Origin: a virus
Strand: one strand, 5' to 3'
IMG/VR virus record: IMGVR_UViG_3300045988_085140
Length of the DNA: 64,000 nt
Each line of letters begins with the position of its first letter. Position 1 is the stretch's first letter. A model generated the notes under the pieces. That model was given only the letters and a program-made list of their open reading frames with translations, ran no database searches and was not told where the DNA came from. The translations under genes were made by a program, and so were the position numbers. Of this stretch, positions 7,526-15,800 are shown in pieces.

Positions 7526-8329
7526 ATGCAGTATATAAATGTAACCATAGAACTTTTGAAAGCATACTCTTCAAGTAAGAGCATGAAGGAACTTCTTGCT
7601 GTTGCTATTTGGATAAAGATGCAGCATAGCAATTCTGTAATGTGGAATGTTACGGAATACAAATTGAGGAAAGGATTACATATTGGTAAACCAAAAGCAG
7701 AAAGACTTATTCAAGACATGAAAGATGATGCTTTGTTTTCGGTAGACGGAAACAAGGTTATTGTCTCTTCGTTCCGTGACAATACGATAAAGTGGACTCG
7801 AAAGGGTCGTGAGTATCGTGGTGCTATGGTATGTAAGTTTGAGGTAAAAGATTATACCTTGAAGGAATTATTCAATCTTATAAACGAGAAACTTTTTGAA
7901 TTTCAGATTTGTGCTGCCGAGCATAAGGACTGTTGTATGAAAGCACCTGAGGGTGAAAAGGTCGGTGCCAAAGGTAAAGCTATCACAATAAAGCAATTTC
8001 AGAAGGCTCTCAATACAAGTAGTAGTTCTGTTTCGAGAATAAAGAAAAGACTTATTGCCAGTGGTAAGATTAATTCTACTCTTGCCGAGAAACATTCCTT
8101 TGACATCAGGAATGAGGAAGAAACGAAGAGAACTTTGTTGAGAACGAGAAAATCCAAGGCAGACTTTATTGTCGGCACTCTTGGATTTGTAGTCCTTGCT
8201 TGTACTTACTCTATCGCTAATAGGGCGGTGACCGATGGATTCAGGCATCTTATCTATGGCAAGCAGAGTGAAAAGGTTATTCAGAGAGACATGAGTATTG
8301 GAGGAATCCCTGACGGATTTTTCTGTTAA
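7526..8329 (+). CDS. Hypothetical protein with a probable HTH
   Basis: 267 aa. ITIKQFQKALNTSSSSVSRIKKRLIASGKIN looks like an HTH. No family recognised. Confidence 0.4.
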   Translation: MQYINVTIELLKAYSSSKSMKELLAVAIWIKMQHSNSVMWNVTEYKLRKGLHIGKPKAERLIQDMKDDALFSVDGNKVIVSSFRDNTIKWTRKGREYRGAMVCKFEVKDYTLKELFNLINEKLFEFQICAAEHKDCCMKAPEGEKVGAKGKAITIKQFQKALNTSSSSVSRIKKRLIASGKINSTLAEKHSFDIRNEEETKRTLLRTRKSKADFIVGTLGFVVLACTYSIANRAVTDGFRHLIYGKQSEKVIQRDMSIGGIPDGFFC

Positions 8330-8394
8330 TTGCTTAGATGTTTGTTTTGGTAACCTACATTGAAAGAAAGAAAATATATAATAAACAATTAGTT

Positions 8395-9099
8395 ATGGAT
8401 AAACCTACTTATGAGAAGTTCAAGAGATATTGTATATCGAAGAACTATGGAACAGATGAGTACATCAAGAGTCTTTATGATTATCTTGATGAAAGGAAGT
8501 GGAAGAAGGCAAATGGAGTGGAACCAGTAAACTGGATGATTCTCACAGATGCTAACTTTGGTGTGTTCAACGCTAAAGGTAAATTCTCTAGAGCAATCAG
8601 AGAAAAATTGGCTGAAAAGTCGGAAAATTTCGACCCAGTTGAGCCATTTCCTGATAATGGCATGAACTATGTGGCTTATACGGATGGAAGTTGTGACAAC
8701 CGTTCCAAGTATAAGGCAGGAGGTTCTGCTTACATCGTATTGAAGGATGGAGAGATTGTCAAGATGAAGAATCATGGCAGACTACAGACAACAAACAATC
8801 GTATGGAATTGCTTGCTATCATTAGTGCAGCTAAGTCTTGTCCAGATGGTGCTTATCTTGATATTTATACGGATAGCCAGTACTGCATACTTGTGTTGGG
8901 GAAGAGTACTCCACCAATGAAGAATCCTGACCTCTATGAGTTGTACAAGAAATGCTCTGCTCATTTGGCAGGAGTTCGTTTTCACTGGGTGAAAGGTCAC
9001 AATGGTGACAAGTACAACGAAATGGTTGATAGCTTGGCTTATGGCGCATATTGCGACATTTGTGAACAATATAACATCGAGAAATCGAAAAGACATTAA
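8395..9099 (+). CDS. rnh: RNase H (type 1) domain fused to an unknown N-terminal domain of about 100 aa
   Basis: DEDD set: YTDGS, NNRMELLA, IYTDSQY, GHNGDKYNEMVD. Start placed at MDKPTYEK. Confidence 0.8.
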   Translation: MDKPTYEKFKRYCISKNYGTDEYIKSLYDYLDERKWKKANGVEPVNWMILTDANFGVFNAKGKFSRAIREKLAEKSENFDPVEPFPDNGMNYVAYTDGSCDNRSKYKAGGSAYIVLKDGEIVKMKNHGRLQTTNNRMELLAIISAAKSCPDGAYLDIYTDSQYCILVLGKSTPPMKNPDLYELYKKCSAHLAGVRFHWVKGHNGDKYNEMVDSLAYGAYCDICEQYNIEKSKRH

Positions 9100-9110
9100 A
9101 ATTTTGGCTT

Positions 9111-9491
9111 ATGGAACTTGATATGTTGATTAGAAGTGCCCTGAGTGATGCCCAGTGGTTAATTGCTAAGGGTGGCACGGATAGGGCAGAAGTCCTGAAT
9201 CGTGTGCTGGGTAAGATTGATAATGTCCTGAAAGAACTGGATGGGGTAGAACTCATTGGCCTCAACAAGGTGTGGCATCAGGCGAAAGATGTTATGCCAC
9301 CAAGAATTTATGGCGGCAATCATGCAGACTTGCTGTGTGTGCATCAGTTCAAGCCTACTTCTCATCCTCATCTTACTCACGAAGAGAACTGCCCTGAGTT
9401 TGAGGAGTATCTTAAAGCGAGTCCGAATGACTGGTGGTGTAGAACTGGGGATTTGTTGAAGAAGGAACATCGTGAACTTTATTGGAGATAG
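9111..9491 (+). CDS. Hypothetical protein
   Basis: 126-aa ORF in an operon context. No motif recognised. Confidence 0.45.
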   Translation: MELDMLIRSALSDAQWLIAKGGTDRAEVLNRVLGKIDNVLKELDGVELIGLNKVWHQAKDVMPPRIYGGNHADLLCVHQFKPTSHPHLTHEENCPEFEEYLKASPNDWWCRTGDLLKKEHRELYWR

Positions 9492-9516
9492 ATATATTAA
9501 TTTAAATTATTTAATT

Positions 9517-10086
9517 ATGTGTGAAAAAACAAGTAGTATGTCAATGTATATTGGCACAAAAGTAGTTATGGCAATGCCTATGACTATGACAGAAGCACAG
9601 AAGGTGCTAGGTAGAGAAATTAAGCCAGCAACCGTTGAGGAAGATGGCTACTTAGTAGGGTATAAGAACGGATATACGTCTTGGTCTCCTAAGAGTGTGT
9701 TTGATGATGCTTATCGTAAACTTGTCGGAATGGATTTTGGTAAGGTTATTGAGGCATTGAAGTCTGGTCTTGCGGTAAGACGCAAGGGATGGAATGGCAA
9801 AGGTATGTTTGTAGTCAAACAGATTCCTTCTCATATTGAAGGCGGCATCATTCCTACGATGCAGTCGCTGCCTCAGTCAGCTAAGGATATTCTGCTGAGC
9901 CGTGAGAATGCGCACATTGATTATACCAATCAGATGTTGATTATCAATCCTGATGGTCGTGCAGATTCTTGGGTTCCTTCTTCATCTGATGTTTTTGCTG
10001 AGGACTGGGAGCTTGTTGTAACCGAAGATGGTTGGGATTCTTTCCCTAATTGTGCAGTTCCTTCTGATTCTCCTATTGAAGATTAG
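9517..10086 (+). CDS. DUF2829 (Tad2-like) domain protein with a conserved phage N-terminal domain
   Basis: ALKSGLAVRRKGWNGKGMFV...WVPSSSDVFAEDWELV matches the DUF2829 consensus. N-terminal YIGTKVV.A.PMT...GY.SWSPKSVFDDAY. Start could be 9517 or 9538. Confidence 0.75.
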   Translation: MCEKTSSMSMYIGTKVVMAMPMTMTEAQKVLGREIKPATVEEDGYLVGYKNGYTSWSPKSVFDDAYRKLVGMDFGKVIEALKSGLAVRRKGWNGKGMFVVKQIPSHIEGGIIPTMQSLPQSAKDILLSRENAHIDYTNQMLIINPDGRADSWVPSSSDVFAEDWELVVTEDGWDSFPNCAVPSDSPIED

Positions 10087-10088
10087 TA

Positions 10089-10370
10089 ATGACTAGTTCA
10101 TCTGCTGAATACTACAGAACGCACCCATCAGCTAGGGCACGGAAGGCTTCCTACGATACTAATTTCGAGTCTTCTCCTGCTCAGAAGGCTAAGCGTAGGG
10201 AGTTGGCTCGTTACAACGCTGCCCACGATAAGAAGTATGGGGCAGCTTCTCGCAAGGGTATGGATGCTAGCCATACGAAATCAGGAATTAGGTATAAACC
10301 ATCATCGGTGAATCGTGGTTCCAAGACGGATATGGCTGGGGATAGAAGAGCGAGAGGTGGTCGCTGTTAG
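10089..10370 (+). CDS. Small basic hypothetical protein
   Basis: 93 aa, Arg/Lys-rich. Last gene before the terminator. Confidence 0.45.
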   Translation: MTSSSAEYYRTHPSARARKASYDTNFESSPAQKAKRRELARYNAAHDKKYGAASRKGMDASHTKSGIRYKPSSVNRGSKTDMAGDRRARGGRC

Positions 10371-10382
10371 TGAATAAAAAAG

Positions 10383-10410
10383 AATAGGGAGTGCTCACGC
10401 ATTCCCTATT
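10383..10410. terminator. Hairpin terminator between convergent genes
   Basis: AATAGGGAGTGC-TCAC-GCATTCCCTATT. Confidence 0.6.
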
Positions 10411-10487
10411 TCGTTATCCTAACAATCTTAAAACCTATAAACCAAAAACCTATGAAAAAAACAAACGTTCTTCTTATGAATTATATT

Positions 10488-10796
10488 TTATCCTTCCTCT
10501 TCTGACATCTGTCTCAACTTCTCGGTGAGGGCATTGTGAACCTCACGCTTATCGTCAAGAGTGACGGTCTGTAGCTTAGGGCAGTTAAACTCTAGTATCT
10601 TGATGAAAGTTGATACCTTGTCCTTCGGCTCACACTTATACCATGCAGCCATGAAGTCTTCCCAAGCCTCTCTAGAAAAGTCAGCACACAACTCACGAAA
10701 CTCCTTTGTGATAGGAGACTCGTAACCTTTCTGTTTACCTCCAGTCTTTGCTCTACCTTTCTCGAACTGACCTTTTGTATTTCTATCTGCTGCCAT
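10488..10796 (-). CDS. Hypothetical protein, DUF5681-like N-terminus (possible small terminase or DNA-binding protein)
   Basis: MAADRNTKGQFEKGRAKTGGKQKG. Start at 10796 fits the late promoter P1, whose -7 box lies 19 nt upstream. Confidence 0.45.
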   Translation of the reverse strand: MAADRNTKGQFEKGRAKTGGKQKGYESPITKEFRELCADFSREAWEDFMAAWYKCEPKDKVSTFIKILEFNCPKLQTVTLDDKREVHNALTEKLRQMSEEEG

Positions 10797-10814
10797 TGTC
10801 TTAACTATTTTGGT

Positions 10815-10858
10815 GCAAAGATAGTAATTTGTTGGCAAACGGAAACTTTATCCGTTAA
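10815..10858 (-). promoter_or_regulatory. Late-type promoter P1: GTTAACGGATAAAG-N22-TATCTTTG
   Basis: Read on the minus strand. Exact 22-nt spacing, as in the five other copies. Confidence 0.6.
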
Positions 10859-10870
10859 CTTACCACCTAA

Positions 10871-10914
10871 ATAAACGGATAAAATACGAATCTCGGATGG
10901 TATCTGTATCTTTG
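10871..10914 (+). promoter_or_regulatory. Late-type promoter P2: ATAAACGGATAAAA-N22-TATCTTTG
   Basis: Drives the 10946..27923 operon. Back-to-back with P1. Confidence 0.6.
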
Positions 10915-10945
10915 TACCATTATTAATAATTAAATTTTCATATAT

Positions 10946-11605
10946 ATGATAGGTGCATTAATAGGTGCTGGGCTTGGGCTTGCAAGCAGTATTGCTGGCG
11001 GTATAGCTAACCGCAAGGCGAGACGTAAGCAGGAGCAGATGATTGCCCAGCAACAGAGAGAAAATCAGGCATGGTATGACAGAACATACAATACCGACCC
11101 GACCAAGCGTGCTGATACGGTTCGCTTGCTCACACAGATGCAGGAGCAGATTAAGAACCGCAACAAGGCTGCCAAGGGTAGACAAGCGGTAATGGGCGGT
11201 ACGGATGATTCCACTACTGCGGTGAAGGAGGCAAACAACAAGACTCTTGCTGATACTACCTCACAGATTGTAGCTGCAAATGATGCCCGAAAGGATAACA
11301 TCGAGCAGCAGTATATGAACAGAAAGAATCAGTTGCAGAACCAGCAGATGGGTATGGAAGCTGAGAAGGCTGCTGATACTGCCAATGCGGTTGCAGGTGT
11401 GGCTGGTACAGCTGCAAACATCGCTGCATCACTTGATAGTGGTGCTGGTAAGAGTAAGGTGGCTCGTCCTAACGTGGAAATGCCTACCGATGCAGAAATG
11501 GCTAAGTTGGATGCAAAGGTGGGTGCGGCTCCTACCCAGCAGCAAGTAGTGAATGATTTGAACAATATGATTGGTGACAATGCGCCAAAGAAGATTAAAG
11601 CATAG
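10946..11605 (+). CDS. Putative internal virion/ejection protein (N-terminal glycine-zipper TM, Q/A-rich)
   Basis: 219 aa. MIGALIGAGLGLASSIAGGIA, then coiled-coil-like Q/N/A-rich sequence. First gene of the giant-ORF operon. Confidence 0.45.
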   Translation: MIGALIGAGLGLASSIAGGIANRKARRKQEQMIAQQQRENQAWYDRTYNTDPTKRADTVRLLTQMQEQIKNRNKAAKGRQAVMGGTDDSTTAVKEANNKTLADTTSQIVAANDARKDNIEQQYMNRKNQLQNQQMGMEAEKAADTANAVAGVAGTAANIAASLDSGAGKSKVARPNVEMPTDAEMAKLDAKVGAAPTQQQVVNDLNNMIGDNAPKKIKA

Positions 11606-11608
11606 CCT

Positions 11609-12796
11609 ATGAAAGCATCAGATATGTTACGAAACAACAATGGCTTGAAGACTACACAGAGTGTGCTCAACAAGCAGCAGAGTGGGGTGGATGCCGCTCA
11701 GAAGGTGGCACAGACTCAGGCTCCAGTCTTCACCCAGCAGCAACTTGATGCGGCTGGAAAGAAGGTTGACCAGATGAATGCTGCTACTCCCACCGATGAT
11801 GCTATGAAGGCGGCTAGGGCTAAGACTATCGCTACACAGCAAGCCATCGCCAATGGGGTGGACGTGAATCAGGGAGTGCCTAGTGATGAGGAGGATAAAC
11901 CATCTGTCCCTATCGTGAAGAAGGAAGAGCCTAAACCTCAGCCTAAGCAGTTGTCTTATGCTGATATGTATAAGATGCTGAATCCTGAACTGAATGAGAC
12001 TGCTGATCAGAAGGCGAACCGAGAGAAGAAGGAACGTACCAAGGCTCGTATCGCAGCTCTGGGTGATGGTCTCCGTGCGCTATCCAATATCTACTTTGCT
12101 ACAAAAGGTGCAAAGGTGGTACACAATCCTGAGTCGGATATGACTAAGGCGGTGAATAAACGCAAGGCATATATGGATGAGCAGAGAGAAAAGAATCGGG
12201 CATTATGGCTGGCTGGGTATCAGAGGGCACTCGCTCTTGATGAGGAAAAAAGAAAGAATAACCTGACTCTCGCTGAACTGGTGAGGTATCACGATATGCA
12301 GAACGAAATCAACAAGGTGAAGAATGGCCAAGGGCAGCAGAGAATTGACCAAGGTAACAGAAGACTTGAACTTAGTGAGTTGAAATATACCAATGATGCC
12401 GAGTATAAGGATAATCAGTTGAAGATTAAGAAGATGCTTGCTGATGGTCAGATAAGCCATTGGGCTGCTCAGGATGCACTTGCTAGACTGCGAGAAGGAC
12501 GAATTTCTAATAAGGCTCAGAAATCTTCTGGCGGTAATCAAACTACTGCTGGTTATTGGTATGAGTACTACGACCTGATGGACACTCCTGAGGGGCAGAA
12601 GAAGATTAATGAACTTAAAAGAAAGTTGAGAATCAAGAATGTTACTCAGACTAACGTGAGATATATTATGGATAGATTGAAAGGAAGAAGTAGTTCTGCT
12701 GGAGGTGGTAAACCGTCTGGTGGCGGCAAGCATACAACACATAAGGCTGGCGGTTCTTCGGCTGGTGGCAAGAAGAAGACTGGCGTAAAATGGTAA
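11609..12796 (+). CDS. Lys/Gln-rich putative internal virion protein
   Basis: 395 aa. Low-complexity basic C-tail SSSAGGGKPSGGGKHTTHKAGGSSAGGKKK. Confidence 0.45.
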   Translation: MKASDMLRNNNGLKTTQSVLNKQQSGVDAAQKVAQTQAPVFTQQQLDAAGKKVDQMNAATPTDDAMKAARAKTIATQQAIANGVDVNQGVPSDEEDKPSVPIVKKEEPKPQPKQLSYADMYKMLNPELNETADQKANREKKERTKARIAALGDGLRALSNIYFATKGAKVVHNPESDMTKAVNKRKAYMDEQREKNRALWLAGYQRALALDEEKRKNNLTLAELVRYHDMQNEINKVKNGQGQQRIDQGNRRLELSELKYTNDAEYKDNQLKIKKMLADGQISHWAAQDALARLREGRISNKAQKSSGGNQTTAGYWYEYYDLMDTPEGQKKINELKRKLRIKNVTQTNVRYIMDRLKGRSSSAGGGKPSGGGKHTTHKAGGSSAGGKKKTGVKW

Positions 12797-12824
12797 CAGA
12801 ATTGGTAACAAGAATTTGGTAACA
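12791..12824 (+). repeat. Three direct TGGTAACA repeats at the junction before the giant ORF
   Basis: Copies at 12791, 12803 and 12817. The first two contain in-frame TAA stops of the upstream gene. Confidence 0.5.
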
Positions 12825-12836
12825 AACATATATATC

Positions 12837-15800
12837 ATGGCAGAAAGACCATTATACACTTTATACAAGAATCTGAAAGCACAGAACTATGATGTGCCTG
12901 ATGATTACAATAAGTTTGAGAGTGCTCTGACAAGAGACGGAAAAGGTGGTGCGGATAACAGACATGCTATCTACGAGAACTTGAAGGCTCAGAACTTTGA
13001 TGTTCCATCAACTTATGAGCGTTTTTACTCTGCACTCTTTGAACCACGTAGTAAGACTTCATCTAGAGCGAAGGGCGGTAGTGTTCCTATGAGTGCTGCT
13101 GACCGTGCTCGTTTCTCTGCTGGGGCAGCAGCTATCTCGGCTAGTGCTCAGCAGACAATGAACAATGCTGGCAGATACAACAGACTGAAACAACGCAAGC
13201 AGAAACAGCAGAAGGATTTCGGTCGTGTGAACTTGGGTACACATCAGACTCCTTATGGTGGTGATGCAAACAATGTTGTGAAGGATGATTTTGCTTACAA
13301 TCCTGAGACTGGCAAGACTGGCGCATACGTTACATCGGACAATGAGAATGTTTATTCTCTTCCTGAAGCTGAGCAGAAACAAGCTATTCTTGACCAGCAA
13401 AACAATGCATATCAGGAAGCGGTAGATACTGGTGAGATACCATCTGCCTTTGATGTTCGTGACAAGAAAGGTAACTATGACTTGCAGGATAACATCGGCA
13501 AGAATGGAACCTACCTTACTGAGGAAGGTGCTCAAAAGCAGTTTGACAAGAAATTGGCTGATGCCTATGCCCGAAAGAAGGAGATTGAAGCTCTTATCGC
13601 TGAGGATAATCGCCAACACGGAAATCCTTTGCTCTCTTATGGTGCTAGTATCGGTGCAAGTAACGGAAGAACTGCTGAGCAGAGTGACTATAGAAATAAG
13701 TTGGCAACCTCTCTTTCTCTGGTTACTGAGCAGATTGGAGCGCTTGAAGCGGTGAAACAATATCCTACAAGTAGCTGGGGTGAGGATGCCTTGAAGGCTC
13801 TTGACAATACTGCATTTACTGCAAAAACATGGGATTTCGGTCTGACTGACTTCGCTATCATGGGGCAGATGGAACGTATCAAGACAAAGATGGATAACAA
13901 TATTCCTCTCTCTGGTTCTGATAAGATGCTCCTGAAGAGTAAACTTGGTGCGGATGCTGCTACGGCTATCGAAGATGAGAAGATGGGTAACGTCTATCGT
14001 TGGACGAAAATTGCAGGGAAGAGTCTCCCATTTATGGCTGACTTCTTCCTGACTGGCGGTTATGGTGGTATTACCAAGGGCATCAGTCGTGGAGCCTTGA
14101 AATTTGCTGCTAAACGTGGCATGGGCAAGGTGAGTGCTGCCATCTTGAAGAATACTGGTATCGTGGCTGGCGATGTTATCGGCTCGTATGCAATGGCTGG
14201 AACTGAGCAAGCGTTGAAGACTGGTGCTGACATCATGCAGCGACATCTTGGTAATCTGTATCAGGATGAGAAGGGTGATTATAAGTTTGGTACTTTCGAT
14301 GAGAATGGAAATCTTCTGCATGAGGGTGGTGAGTCTATTGGTACTGCTCTCTATAAGGGTATGACCTCTGCTATGGTAGAGAACTATACAGAAAAACTTT
14401 TCGGTCACAACTATGGTATCAAGAAGGGTGCTGTCAACTTCATGGAGAAACATGGTATGAATGCTTCTGCTGAGTTCTTCAAGAATATCGGCAAGAGTGG
14501 ATGGTACACCAATTCCAAGAAGTGGATGGAGAAGTTCGGTATCAATGGTTTCGCTGAGGAAGTGATGGAGGAGGAAATTGGTATTCCTCTTCATGCCCTG
14601 CTGGATGGTGAAGGTAAGGTGAGCGACCTTCTTGATGCTAAGCAGCAACTCGACATCATCGGTGGTATGGCTATCTCGGTCGGTTCTATGTATGCGATGG
14701 GTGCTGGCTCCCGACCAGTAAAAGGTATCTACAATCGTGCTCAGTACTACCGATTCCGCAACAAGGTGAACGTGGCTGATAGTGATGCAGAGAACCTTAT
14801 GGGCGATAACTGGGCAGACATCAAGGATAAGATAGACAACGCAACTAATGAGCAGATGGGTAGTGTGCTGGCTGATATTCTCAGACAGAGAGATACCATG
14901 ACCAAGGAACAGATTAATGCTGCTGTTAACTATGGTGTAAACCTGATGAAGATGCGTGGCTACAATATTGCCAAGACTGCTGAAATGAATGCCAAGGAGA
15001 TTACCAACGAACCAACAACACCTGAGGAGCAGCATCAGGCAGATATTGACAACGCTTATTCTGAGGGGCATGATGCTGATGATGCAGATAAGCATGATAT
15101 TCAGATTCAGCAGGAAGACCAGATGAAGACTCTTGCAGCAGCATTGGGTATCTCTGAGCAGCAGTTATCAGCCATGAGCGATGAGGAACTGGAATCCCTG
15201 ACTGGGCAGGATGATAAACTTGACCAAGCTATCTATGACTACCAGTTGTCTTCTGCCCGATACCAAGGTGTGGTTGATGATGCACAAGATAAGGTTGACC
15301 TCGCTGCACATCAGGCAGAACAGAGAGTTGATATGTACACAGACCAGAGTCGTGGTTCTGTTCGTAACGCTACTATCAAAGCATCAGGCGGCTTGGAAGA
15401 CTATGGTGTATATATTATCAGTGGTAATATTGCTACTCATGATGATGGCTCCATTGATGTAAGCAATAGCGATGATATGATTCTCTATTATGACCCGACA
15501 ACCAATAGCGTTGAACATGCTGATGCGTTGATGGTCGCTGAACTGGGTGAAGAACTACCTGCTGATGATGTGAAGGCTCAGGCGGTATCTGATGCTAAAG
15601 AGAATGCTATCAAGGAAGTGGCTGGCATCATTGATGGAACCGTTGAAGTTGGCTCCCAGTTCAATGTGACTGATACTGATGGTACTGAACATACCTATGA
15701 AGTGTTGGCTGACTATGGTGATGGTACTGCTGCTATTTCTATAGATGGTAACGTGGTGGAGAATCCTTATTCGCTTGCAGACTTGCAGCAGATGAAAGAC

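Noticed and set aside
8395-9099. RNase H as part of a retroelement (retron, DGR or RT-containing system).
   Set aside because: No reverse-transcriptase motifs (YxDD) occur in any ORF of the window, and there are no template/variable repeat pairs.
12781-12840. Translational fusion (read-through or +1 frameshift) of gene 11609..12796 to the giant ORF.
   Set aside because: Two in-frame TAA stops intervene. The giant frame is offset, and I see no slippery heptamer or RF2-like context. A normal ATG at 12837 is available.
13059-15095. 678-aa minus-strand ORF, plus dozens of other 60-360-aa antisense or off-frame ORFs across 12.8-27.9 kb.
   Set aside because: All lie inside the 15-kb plus-strand ORF. 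Their products are Leu/Ser/His/Ile-rich nonsense without motifs. Long shadow ORFs like this are expected opposite a long gene with biased codon usage.
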